Positions 1 to 8,808 of a stretch of DNA of 15,934 nt are shown piece after piece. The stretch is from Bdellovibrionota bacterium. Lineage in GTDB: Bacteria > Bdellovibrionota_C > UBA2361 > JBIKWN01. Position 1 is the stretch's first letter, and every line of letters begins with the position of its first letter. The notes below the pieces were generated by a model. That model was not told where the DNA came from. It did not search any database and saw nothing but the letters and a program-made list of their open reading frames with translations. The position numbers and the translations under genes were made by a program. The DNA lies in the NCBI GenBank assembly GCA_044356295.1, contig JBIKWN010000057.1, positions 1-15,934 of the forward strand, written 5' to 3'.

Positions 1-4
1 TAAT

Positions 5-33
5 TTGACAAGCATGACAAGTGCTATTAACCT
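5..33 (+). promoter_or_regulatory. sigma70-type promoter of the trp operon
   Basis: Perfect -35 TTGACA (5-10), 17-bp spacer and -10 TAACCT (28-33). The predicted +1 is near position 40. Confidence 0.75.
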
Positions 34-39
34 AATCTC

Positions 40-84
40 ATGTCATCAGAACTTTTCACACTGATATCTCTAAACTGGCTTTAA
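40..84 (+). CDS. trpL: putative trp operon leader peptide (MSSELFTLISLNWL), probably leaderless
   Basis: ATG 40-42 to TAA 82-84, 14 codons, with a single TGG at 76-78 (penultimate codon). It lies between the promoter and trpE, and the ATG is 7 nt after the -10 box. Confidence 0.6.
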   Translation: MSSELFTLISLNWL

Positions 85-133
85 GCCATCTCATAACTCC
101 TACCTACAATTCCAATCTCTCTAATTTTTAAAC

Positions 134-160
134 TTATTAGTTTTGTTGCAAAACTAATAA
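134..160. promoter_or_regulatory. perfect 12-bp inverted repeat in the trp leader (hairpin or operator)
   Basis: TTATTAGTTTTG-TTG-CAAAACTAATAA. It is AT-rich and has no following U-tract. Confidence 0.55.
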
Positions 161-181
161 AAACAATTCTTCAGAGTTCAT

Positions 182-1576
182 ATGAAACAAGAACAAAGAG
201 TTTACTCTTGCACGATTTCTTTACTCTCAGACCAGCATTCTCCAGTTGGTGTGTATGCCCGCATACGACTTCATTACCCTGAAACTTTTCTTCTAGAAAG
301 TAATGAGCCTTATGGGACCCAAAGCGCAAAATCGATTATTGGCATAAAACCAATAGCTCGTTTTCAAGCAATACAAGGGGAAGTTAAAAGCACTATTAAA
401 TTAAATCAAACAGCCGCTGTGAGTGAGCAGTTTAAAGAGTTTTTTAACTCTTTAAAATTTGAATCAGATGAAAGTCAGACTTTAAATGGAATATTTGGCT
501 ACACCGCGTTTGATGCAGTGAAATATTTTGAATCTATTTCTTTTAAAGAAAAGCCATCTCATACGTCATCCAGAATTCCTGAGATGCAATATGCCCTGTA
601 TAAATATATTCTTGTATTCGATCACTACAATCACACGCTACATATCAGTCATAACTCATTTGATAAAGCCTCTTTGGGTGAGTTTTATCCCATTACCTCT
701 ATCCTGAAAGAGCCGCTTCCAGAACCATATTCATTCACATTAGAGGAAAGTGAGAAAGCATCACTTACAGATTCTGAATTTCTCTCGACAGTGAATCATC
801 TAAAAGAGCATATTCACAAAGGAGACATTTTTCAGATTGTTCCATCAAGAAGGTTCACCCAAAAATTTAGAGGAGATGAATTTCAAGTATACAGAGCACT
901 TAGATCGATTAACCCATCACCATATCTATTTTATTATGACTCAGGGACATTCAGGTTATTCGGATCATCGCCTGAAACAGCTCTTATAGTAAAAAATGGC
1001 AAAGCAATTCTTAATCCAATAGCAGGTTCAACGAAAAGATTGGAAGATGCAGATGCGAATTTTCAAGCAATTGAATCACTTAAAAGCAATCCGAAAGAGC
1101 AATCAGAGCATATAATGCTTGTTGATCTTGCTAGAAACGATCTCAGTAAAAGTGCATTTCCAGTCACTGTCGATGAATATATGACAGTGCGCAGTTATTC
1201 ACATGTGACACATCTTGTTTCAGCTGTGTCAGGAACGATTACTGATAAAAAATCTACACTTGATATTTTCTTTGAAACCTTTCCTGCAGGAACCGTTTCT
1301 GGTGCGCCAAAATATAGGGCGATGCAGTTGATTGATACAGTAGAACCTGAAGCCCGTGGTTTTTATGCTGGAGCAATTGGATTTTTTGGGTCTCAAGGAA
1401 GCTGTGTACACGCACTGACAATTCGATCATTTTTGAGCAAAGACTCAACTCTTACTTATCAAGCTGGTGCAGGAATCGTTGCTGATTCGGACCCTAGATT
1501 AGAACTGCAAGAAATTAATCACAAACTTGGCGCTTTAAGAGCAGCACTCATCAAAGGAGAAAAACTCCATGGATAA
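182..1576 (+). CDS. trpE: anthranilate synthase component I
   Basis: Motifs LLES, GDIFQIV.SRRF, NPSPY, GSSPE, PIAG, EH.MLVDLARND, FPAGTVSGAPK and QAGAGIVADS. First gene of the trp cluster. Confidence 0.96.
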   Translation: MKQEQRVYSCTISLLSDQHSPVGVYARIRLHYPETFLLESNEPYGTQSAKSIIGIKPIARFQAIQGEVKSTIKLNQTAAVSEQFKEFFNSLKFESDESQTLNGIFGYTAFDAVKYFESISFKEKPSHTSSRIPEMQYALYKYILVFDHYNHTLHISHNSFDKASLGEFYPITSILKEPLPEPYSFTLEESEKASLTDSEFLSTVNHLKEHIHKGDIFQIVPSRRFTQKFRGDEFQVYRALRSINPSPYLFYYDSGTFRLFGSSPETALIVKNGKAILNPIAGSTKRLEDADANFQAIESLKSNPKEQSEHIMLVDLARNDLSKSAFPVTVDEYMTVRSYSHVTHLVSAVSGTITDKKSTLDIFFETFPAGTVSGAPKYRAMQLIDTVEPEARGFYAGAIGFFGSQGSCVHALTIRSFLSKDSTLTYQAGAGIVADSDPRLELQEINHKLGALRAALIKGEKLHG

Positions 1577-2150
1577 AAATATTCTGATTATTGATAACTA
1601 CGACTCGTTTACTTATAACATTGTTCATTCAATCAAGAGTTTAACTTCCGCATCAATTTCTGTTCAAAGAAATGATGTAGTTAGCCTTAGTGATGTAGAA
1701 CGTGCGACGCATCTCATCTTTTCACCAGGCCCTGGTGTCCCTTCGGAAGCTGGGATGATGCCAAAGCTTTTAGAAGAGTTCTCTCAATCAAAAATAATTC
1801 TTGGCGTTTGCCTTGGACATCAAGCAATAGGTCAGACATTTGGAGGATCTCTTAAGTGTTTATCTAAGCCATTTCATGGTGTTGGAACAAAAATAGAAAT
1901 TGATATTTCAGATTCACTGTTTTCAAACTTACCAGGATCAATTTCAGTTGGCAGATATCACTCCTGGGTCATTAATGAGGAAACATTACCAAAAGATCTA
2001 AGAATTACCGGACGAGATGAAAATGGTTTCATTATGGCTATTGCGCATAAGAAGCTTCCCGTCTTTGGAGTGCAATTCCACCCAGAATCAATTATGACAC
2101 AATATGGAAATTTAATTTTTAAAAATTTTCTCAATTTAGGAGTTAATTGA
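1569..2150 (+). CDS. trpG: anthranilate synthase component II (glutamine amidotransferase)
   Basis: Motifs IDNYDSFTYN, SPGPG, GVCLGHQ, RYHS and QFHPES, with the catalytic triad intact. Confidence 0.96.
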   Translation: MDKNILIIDNYDSFTYNIVHSIKSLTSASISVQRNDVVSLSDVERATHLIFSPGPGVPSEAGMMPKLLEEFSQSKIILGVCLGHQAIGQTFGGSLKCLSKPFHGVGTKIEIDISDSLFSNLPGSISVGRYHSWVINEETLPKDLRITGRDENGFIMAIAHKKLPVFGVQFHPESIMTQYGNLIFKNFLNLGVN

Positions 2151-3130
2151 AAATGACTAACTCACTTCACTACATCACATCTTCAAAAGATGCTCATGCA
2201 TTAATTAGTACTATATTCGATGGAACAATGAGCTATGAAGCAATCTGTGCATTCTTAGGCGAATTAAAAACAGTTCCTATTTCTGAGCAAATGCTTTCTG
2301 GATTTAGAAGTGCAATGCTTGAGCGAGCAGTAACTATTGATCTTGATGGATTACAAACCATTGATATTTGTGGAACAGGAGGTGACGGCAAAGACACTTT
2401 TAATGTATCAACTCTTGCAGCGCTCCTTGTTGCAGCTTGTGGATATAATGTTACAAAACATGGAAATACTTCGTTTTCCTCTGCTTGTGGATCCTCTGAT
2501 ATTTTACAGCTGCTCGGAGTAAAACTTCCAAGCACTCCAGATCAAGTGAAGCGGCAAGTTGAAAGATGCGCAGTTACATTTTTGCATGCTCCGTTTTTTC
2601 ATCCAGCTCTAAAAACAATTGGACCTGCCAGAAAAAAATTAGGCTTTCGAACTGTTTTTAATATCCTTGGACCTTTATGCAATCCTGTCTCGCCTAGTGT
2701 TAGTGTTCTTGGAGTCGCCTCGTATCCTGTTTACCGTGCATATAAAGCAATTATATCGACATCAAAAAACTCTTACGCAGTGCTGTGGGACGAAAATGGA
2801 TACGATGAGATTTCTTTAACAGGAAGAGCTTTTTACTCTGTCAATCGAAGTGATCATGTTCTTGTTCCTGAGGAATTAATCCCTATAAGACTCAAAACAA
2901 AAGATCTTACTGGAGGAGATTCGCCAGAACAAAACGCAAAGATATTTAGGAAGATAGCAGAAGGAGAGGGAACTTCTGCTCAATCGGCTGTGGTCGCTGC
3001 TAATGCCGCACTAGCAATCAGCCTTATTGAGTCATCCAAAAGCTTTGTTGACATATTTAACAATGCGCAAGAAGTCCTAAACGCAGGCAAATTAATTCCA
3101 TTGATAACTAAATTAAACGAGGAAATATGA
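2147..3130 (+). CDS. trpD: anthranilate phosphoribosyltransferase
   Basis: Motifs DICGTGGDG, FNVST, KHGN, GSSD, RTVFNILGPL.NP and GYDEIS. The start is TTG 2147 or ATG 2153, with SD AGGAG at 2138-2142. Confidence 0.96.
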   Translation: MKMTNSLHYITSSKDAHALISTIFDGTMSYEAICAFLGELKTVPISEQMLSGFRSAMLERAVTIDLDGLQTIDICGTGGDGKDTFNVSTLAALLVAACGYNVTKHGNTSFSSACGSSDILQLLGVKLPSTPDQVKRQVERCAVTFLHAPFFHPALKTIGPARKKLGFRTVFNILGPLCNPVSPSVSVLGVASYPVYRAYKAIISTSKNSYAVLWDENGYDEISLTGRAFYSVNRSDHVLVPEELIPIRLKTKDLTGGDSPEQNAKIFRKIAEGEGTSAQSAVVAANAALAISLIESSKSFVDIFNNAQEVLNAGKLIPLITKLNEEI

Positions 3131-3921
3131 GTTCGCTTCTAGATGATATTGTTAAAACTAAAATTCGAGAGGTTGAAGAAAAAAGAGCTTTGTACCCAGT
3201 AAAGTTGCTTGAGCAAAGTGTTTATTTTGATTCACCTTGTGTTTCATTGGCTACGTATCTTAATCGCACCGATTTATTTGGCATTATTGCAGAAATTAAA
3301 AGGTCATCTCCTTCTGCAGGTGTGTTGAATCCATATATCTCAATTGAAAAGCTCTCTATTGGGTACATGCAAGCAGGTGCATCTGCTCTCTCGATTCTTA
3401 CGGATAAAGATTACTTCAATGGTTCTCTTGAAGACCTCTCAACTGCTCGAAAGAATAACTACTGTCCGATATTAAGAAAAGATTTTGTGATTGATGAATA
3501 TCAAATCATTGAAGCAAAATCTTATGGAGCTGATGTAATTCTTCTCATAGCAAAAATCTTAACACCTGAACGTACACTGGCACTTTCTCTTTTCGCAAAA
3601 TCTTTAGGTCTTGAAGTGCTCCTTGAAGTTCATGATGACAAAGAGCTACAAGTCTATCCAAATGAAGTAACAAAGCTTATTGGAATCAATTCACGTAATC
3701 TTGCAACGCTTGAAATTGATCATGCATTTATTGAGCGAGCTATTTCTGATTTACCTCATGGATGTATTCCCATCGCTGAAAGTGGGATTCGAACCCCTGA
3801 GCATGTCAAAGAGCTCTCTAAATTAGGGTTTAAAGGATTTCTAATCGGAGAGCTATTTATGAAATCTGCAGATCCAGCTGCGGCATGTCAGAGCTTTATT
3901 GAGGCTTTAAGAAAACTATGA
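3127..3921 (+). CDS. trpC: indole-3-glycerol phosphate synthase
   Basis: Motifs IIAEIKRSSPSAG, LSILTD, PILRKDF, LLEVH, GINSRNL and AESGI. Confidence 0.97.
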   Translation: MSSLLDDIVKTKIREVEEKRALYPVKLLEQSVYFDSPCVSLATYLNRTDLFGIIAEIKRSSPSAGVLNPYISIEKLSIGYMQAGASALSILTDKDYFNGSLEDLSTARKNNYCPILRKDFVIDEYQIIEAKSYGADVILLIAKILTPERTLALSLFAKSLGLEVLLEVHDDKELQVYPNEVTKLIGINSRNLATLEIDHAFIERAISDLPHGCIPIAESGIRTPEHVKELSKLGFKGFLIGELFMKSADPAAACQSFIEALRKL

Positions 3922-4547
3922 AACTTAAAGTGTGTGGATTGTTCGAGACTGGTAATATTCTTGACGTATGTAGGCTGAAGCCAGATTACATTGGATTTAT
4001 CTTTTATGCTCAGTCTCCAAGATTTGCCAACATCGAATCAATTCTCCCTGTAAGAAACGATATTCCCGCCACTGTAAAAACTATCGGGGTATTTGTTGAC
4101 GAAGATCATAACTCAATCTTGAGTATCATTGACAAACTCTCTCTTGATGGGGTTCAGCTGCATGGGGCAACTTCTGCAGAAGTTGCGGGAACTTTGCGTG
4201 AGAAAGGATTTCAAGGTGAGATTTTTCTAGCAGCAAATATAGAGAATCCCCCAGATTTTAAAAATTTAAACAATATCGACTATATTGTTTTTGACACTCC
4301 AACACCTCTTCATGGTGGTTCAGGGATCTCTTTTGATTGGACTAAACTCAACACTTACGGTGCCGACATTCCATTTTTTTTAAGTGGTGGGATAGGTGAA
4401 CATAACATCAAGGAAGCAATACTATTCAATCATCCAAAGTGTATCGGCATTGATATGAATAGCCGTCTTGAGAGAGAAGATAAAACAAAAGATTTCAACA
4501 AAGTTTTATATTGTATTGAGCAGGTGAGAAGCTATGAAGGCAGATAA
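3918..4547 (+). CDS. trpF: phosphoribosylanthranilate isomerase
   Basis: Motifs KVCG, GFIF...SPR, GVFV, VQLHG, GGSG..FDW and LSGGI. Confidence 0.95.
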   Translation: MKLKVCGLFETGNILDVCRLKPDYIGFIFYAQSPRFANIESILPVRNDIPATVKTIGVFVDEDHNSILSIIDKLSLDGVQLHGATSAEVAGTLREKGFQGEIFLAANIENPPDFKNLNNIDYIVFDTPTPLHGGSGISFDWTKLNTYGADIPFFLSGGIGEHNIKEAILFNHPKCIGIDMNSRLEREDKTKDFNKVLYCIEQVRSYEGR

Positions 4548-5703
4548 ATTCGGATATTACGGTGATTTTGGAGGAGCATTCATACCAGAGCTTCTTCATC
4601 CAAACATGAAAGAGATTACCGAAGCTTTCAAGAGACTTTCAATAGATGAAAATTTCATCTTTCAGTTCAAGAGGCTACTGGCAGAATATGCTGGCAGACC
4701 AACACCACTTTATTATGCAAAAAACTTATCTGTTCGATATGGCGCAAGTATTTATCTGAAGCGTGAAGATCTACTACATACAGGCGCACATAAAATTAAC
4801 AACACAATTGGTCAGGCACTCTTAGCTCGTGAGATTGGAAAGAAAAGAATTATTGCTGAAACAGGCGCAGGTCAGCACGGAGTTGCCACTGCAGCAGCAT
4901 GCGCGCTTTTTGGACTAGAGTGTATTGTGTATATGGGGGCTAAAGACGTCGAGCGACAATCTCCTAATGTTAGTCGGATGAAATTTATGGGTGCAACAGT
5001 TATTCCTGTTCACTCGGGAAGTAAGACCCTTAAAGATGCAACAAATGAAGCGATGAGAGACTGGATCCAGAATGCTGATACTACACACTATATAATTGGC
5101 TCAGTTGTTGGGCCTCATCCATTTCCTGAAATGGTAGCGTTCTTTCAATCAGTTATTAGTGAGGAATTACTACAACAAGCACAAACTAAAATTGGCAGAG
5201 ATCCAGATTCAATACTTGCCTGTGTCGGAGGTGGAAGTAATGCAATGGGAATTTTTTATCACTATATTAATCGAACTTCAGTAAAACTCATTGGGATTGA
5301 GGCTGCAGGGCACGGAATAGAGACCCAGCAACACGCAGCAACTCTTTCTAAGGGAACGCCCGGAGTTTTACATGGAAGCAGATCGATGCTTTTACAAGAT
5401 AAAGATGGACAAATTATTGAGCCTCATTCAATTTCTGCGGGTCTTGATTATCCTGGGATTGGTCCTGCTCACTCATTTTTGCATGCATCAGGAAGAGTTC
5501 AGTACCACGCAATTACTGATTCTGAAGCCCTCAAAGCAGCATCCCTTCTGGCAAGGTTAGAAGGAATTCTTCCAGCACTTGAGTCAGCTCACGCAATTGC
5601 ATTTTTGGAAAAAATGTCGATGAATAAAAATGATGTCATTGTCATAAATCTTTCTGGGCGCGGAGATAAAGACTTAGCAACTTATATGGAGCATCTTCAA
5701 TGA
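4534..5703 (+). CDS. trpB: tryptophan synthase beta subunit
   Basis: Motifs [16 protein letters not shown] (PLP lysine), [25 protein letters not shown] and NLSGRGDKD. Confidence 0.98.
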   Translation: MKADKFGYYGDFGGAFIPELLHPNMKEITEAFKRLSIDENFIFQFKRLLAEYAGRPTPLYYAKNLSVRYGASIYLKREDLLHTGAHKINNTIGQALLAREIGKKRIIAETGAGQHGVATAAACALFGLECIVYMGAKDVERQSPNVSRMKFMGATVIPVHSGSKTLKDATNEAMRDWIQNADTTHYIIGSVVGPHPFPEMVAFFQSVISEELLQQAQTKIGRDPDSILACVGGGSNAMGIFYHYINRTSVKLIGIEAAGHGIETQQHAATLSKGTPGVLHGSRSMLLQDKDGQIIEPHSISAGLDYPGIGPAHSFLHASGRVQYHAITDSEALKAASLLARLEGILPALESAHAIAFLEKMSMNKNDVIVINLSGRGDKDLATYMEHLQ

Positions 5704-6479
5704 ATAATGTATCGAATGTTTTTAAAGAAACTAAATCTCAAAAGAAAGCAATTTACACAGTAGTTGGATATCCAAATCTTTCACTGATGTATGAAGTTCT
5801 AGACGCATTACTAACTTCAGATATTGATATTATTGAGCTTGGAATGCCATTTTCTGATCCTGTTGCAGATGGTCCAGGAATTCAAAAGGCGCATGAGGTG
5901 GCACTCAAAGCCAACATCACTCTAGAGCATTTATTTCTTGCAGCAGATTACATAAGAGAGCGATCGAATATTGCCATCGTTGGTATGGGATACATTAATC
6001 CAATTCTTTCTTATGGCATGGAGAAGTTTTTATTAGATTGTAAAAGATCTGGAATCGGTGGGCTAATCATTCCTGATCTTCCACCTGAGGAGTTTGAACG
6101 AAATTTTAAGGATATTTACAAATCTGCTGGAGTATCCGCGATTTTTCTTTTAAGTCCCAACTCAAGCGATGAGCGAATCAAATATATAGATTCGCTCTCT
6201 GATAGCTTTATCTATGCAGTTTCGGGGCTTTCTGTAACAGGGTCTATAAAAAGAGATGATAAAAATAGCGCTTCAAGGATTCAGTATCTCACTCGACTGA
6301 AGAACCTAAAGCTTAACCATCCTATTATGGTTGGTTTTGGAATCAGTAATCGAGAAGACATTTCAGAATTAGCTTCATTTTGTTTTGGAGCAATAATAGG
6401 TACTGCATTTTTAAATATATTACAGAACCACGAAACTTTAAAATCAGACATTAAAAACTTTATGGAACAGCTACAATGA
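5700..6479 (+). CDS. trpA: tryptophan synthase alpha subunit
   Basis: Motifs [29 protein letters not shown] and VGFGIS. Confidence 0.97.
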   Translation: MNNVSNVFKETKSQKKAIYTVVGYPNLSLMYEVLDALLTSDIDIIELGMPFSDPVADGPGIQKAHEVALKANITLEHLFLAADYIRERSNIAIVGMGYINPILSYGMEKFLLDCKRSGIGGLIIPDLPPEEFERNFKDIYKSAGVSAIFLLSPNSSDERIKYIDSLSDSFIYAVSGLSVTGSIKRDDKNSASRIQYLTRLKNLKLNHPIMVGFGISNREDISELASFCFGAIIGTAFLNILQNHETLKSDIKNFMEQLQ

Positions 6480-7486
6480 TAGTCCTACTTTCTCAAAATA
6501 TATCTTCATCTCAAGAGAATATAATTTCTTCCAGAATTTCTTCTTTTGGACTAAAAGTTTCCCGGGTAAGCACAAAGTCACGTACGTATCTGATAGCAAC
6601 AGGACTTGCCCAGTATGACATTAGGGCGATTGGTTCATTACCTGGTGTCGATGATGTTCATATTGTCTCTGACCAATACAAGCTTGTATCGCGTAAATGG
6701 AAAACTAAACGCACTAGTATAGATCTAGGTGATGGTATCTCTATTGGTGGAAACTCATTTCAATTTATAGCTGGACCATGTGCGCTTGAGAGTGAAGATC
6801 AGATTACTCAAGTTGTAAATTTCCTCTCAAAAAATAATATTCGCATCATGAGAGGAGGGGCCTTTAAACCCAGAACCTCACCATATTCATTTAGAGGACT
6901 TGGATTAGAGGGGCTAAAGCTTTTCGCCACACTTGCACATGAAAAAAATATCAAAATTATTTCAGAAGTTTTAGAGCCTGCACAGATCGATGCCATGTAT
7001 CCGTATGTAGACATATTTCAAGTAGGTGCCAGAAATTCACAAAATTTCTCGTTACTGTCAGAACTCGGAAAAGTTGATAAACCTGTTCTTTTAAAACGCG
7101 GAATTTCAGGAACTATTGATGAACTACTTCAGTGTGCTGAATATATTTTCTCATCAGGAAATGAAAAGATAATACTCTGCGAGCGAGGAATTCGAACATT
7201 TGAAACAGCTTACAGAAACACTTTTGATATAAACGCTGTGCCAGTTCTAAAAGATAAATCGCATCTTCCAGTCTTTATTGATCCATCTCATGGAATTGGT
7301 ATTCGAAAGTTTATTGAGCCAATTACCTTTGCCGGAATAGCTGCAGGAGCGGATGGTGCCTTGATAGAAATTCATCCGACCCCAGAAAAATCAGTTTCTG
7401 ACAGTGATCAAACTATAGGATTTGACGAGGCTACAAGAATGATTGAAAAATCAAGAATGCTTTTAGAAGTCATTACAAATGCTTGA
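6476..7486 (+). CDS. aroF: type I-beta DAHP (3-deoxy-7-phosphoheptulonate) synthase with N-terminal regulatory domain
   Basis: Motifs IAGPCALES, RGGAFKPRTSPYSF, QVGARNSQNF, LLKRG, CERGIRTFE and DPSH. A ~70-aa N-terminal ACT/ferredoxin-like extension is present. Confidence 0.93.
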   Translation: MIVLLSQNISSSQENIISSRISSFGLKVSRVSTKSRTYLIATGLAQYDIRAIGSLPGVDDVHIVSDQYKLVSRKWKTKRTSIDLGDGISIGGNSFQFIAGPCALESEDQITQVVNFLSKNNIRIMRGGAFKPRTSPYSFRGLGLEGLKLFATLAHEKNIKIISEVLEPAQIDAMYPYVDIFQVGARNSQNFSLLSELGKVDKPVLLKRGISGTIDELLQCAEYIFSSGNEKIILCERGIRTFETAYRNTFDINAVPVLKDKSHLPVFIDPSHGIGIRKFIEPITFAGIAAGADGALIEIHPTPEKSVSDSDQTIGFDEATRMIEKSRMLLEVITNA

Positions 7487-7522
7487 GATTCTTATTTTTT
7501 ACCGTCTTTGGTGATATTTGAT

Positions 7523-8281
7523 TTAGTGCAATCTGTGTACTAAAACAGAAGCAATCTCACCCTCAATCCTTTGAACCTGCTTACTCGAATCCTGCTCTAA
7601 TTTTTCAGGCAAACCAACAGTAATTGTAATTTTTATACCATAAGGAACTGGCCAGAAATTATAACGTAGCAGTTCCCATGTTCCATCAATTGTAACTGGA
7701 ACAATCATTGCGTCCGGCATCTGTTTCATAAGCATTTGAAGCCCTGCAGATTTAAATGGTTTCATCACTCCATCTTTTGCCCTTGTACCTTCTGGAAAGA
7801 TACACAGTGCTGCCAAATCTTTATTCGCTTCTACTGCACCAGCCTGCATAGCTCGCAAGCTTTGTGCTCTGTCGTTGCGGTCAATAAGAATCGTTTTATT
7901 ATGTCGTGAGATAAAGCTTACAGCGGGGACAAATTTTCCGAGCTCTTTTTTCGAAATAAAACGGGGCTCATGTTCATAGAAGATCTCATCAAGCAGAGAA
8001 ACATCATACATGCTTTGATGATTACTAATGACAATCAAAGGAATGTTTTTAGGGATCTCAGATTTTTTTTCAATATGAAATGTCACGCCTGCAAGTATTC
8101 TTAAGTTATAATGAACCGCCTTACACATCATGAGTTCAACAAAACGAAATCCACGGTAAGAAAAACATTTCGTAATCCGCATGACGATATCAAAAGTAAT
8201 CAATATCGACACAAATACAACTACGTATGGGATTGTAAAGAGATAATCTAAAAATCTTTTCTTATTTAAATTTGTTGTCAT
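7523..8281 (-). CDS. plsC: 1-acyl-sn-glycerol-3-phosphate (lysophospholipid) acyltransferase family protein
   Basis: NHQSMYD (HX4D), F.SKKEL, IDR and FPEGTR motifs, with a hydrophobic N-terminal segment. Confidence 0.88.
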   Translation of the reverse strand: MTTNLNKKRFLDYLFTIPYVVVFVSILITFDIVMRITKCFSYRGFRFVELMMCKAVHYNLRILAGVTFHIEKKSEIPKNIPLIVISNHQSMYDVSLLDEIFYEHEPRFISKKELGKFVPAVSFISRHNKTILIDRNDRAQSLRAMQAGAVEANKDLAALCIFPEGTRAKDGVMKPFKSAGLQMLMKQMPDAMIVPVTIDGTWELLRYNFWPVPYGIKITITVGLPEKLEQDSSKQVQRIEGEIASVLVHRLH

Positions 8282-8766
8282 TGATATCTATGAAATGCGC
8301 TTATGAGTTTTTGATAAAAGAATGGAGGAAGTTTTTTTTCTTCTACGACGTTTTTATACAGTGACATGATTTGCTCATGATGTGCGGTTATCTGTTCTGG
8401 GGTTCTTGATGGATGCGGACGAGCTTTTACAAGGTGATAATGTCTGAGCCAGTCAAGAATCGTTGGGGTTGTAGTCGCTGAATATGAAAAATTCTTATCA
8501 AATGCGTCAAATGAGATCGCATCTTGAATAACTTGTTGAAGTTCAGCGGTTGATACCAGAGTTGCTTCAACGCCTAGTTGTAAAAGCCGAGCAGGGCGGG
8601 GGTTGAAGCTCACTCCTTCTTCTCTAAAAAACCATTCATTTTTCAGTCCTGACTCAATTGCCATGCGGTAAATTTCGTCAAAATAGAATAGTTGTTCGCC
8701 CTTAAAAAGTTGCCTCAATGCTTTTGAGCAGCTTTGAGATTCTGAGGGGATTAGTATGAAGTTCAT
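8278..8766 (-). CDS. hypothetical protein, possibly a degenerate RelA/SpoT HD-hydrolase-like fold
   Basis: 162-aa ORF with a 4-bp ATGA overlap into the acyltransferase start. The fold call rests on motif resemblance only. Confidence 0.7.
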   Translation of the reverse strand: MNFILIPSESQSCSKALRQLFKGEQLFYFDEIYRMAIESGLKNEWFFREEGVSFNPRPARLLQLGVEATLVSTAELQQVIQDAISFDAFDKNFSYSATTTPTILDWLRHYHLVKARPHPSRTPEQITAHHEQIMSLYKNVVEEKKLPPFFYQKLISAFHRYQ

Positions 8767-8808
8767 GTAATTTCAGTATCTTATAACGTTTTTAAGCGTA
8801 TTTTTCTA

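Noticed and set aside
134..170. Classical intrinsic attenuator terminator in the trp leader
   Set aside because: The stem is AT-rich and followed by AAACAATTC rather than a U-tract, and I found no convincing antiterminator.
1229..7014. Short alternative-frame or antisense ORFs inside the trp operon (1229-1411, 1254-1448, 2233-2535, 2337-2522, 5372-5560, 6808-7014)
   Set aside because: They are fully nested in well-conserved genes and show no recognisable motifs.
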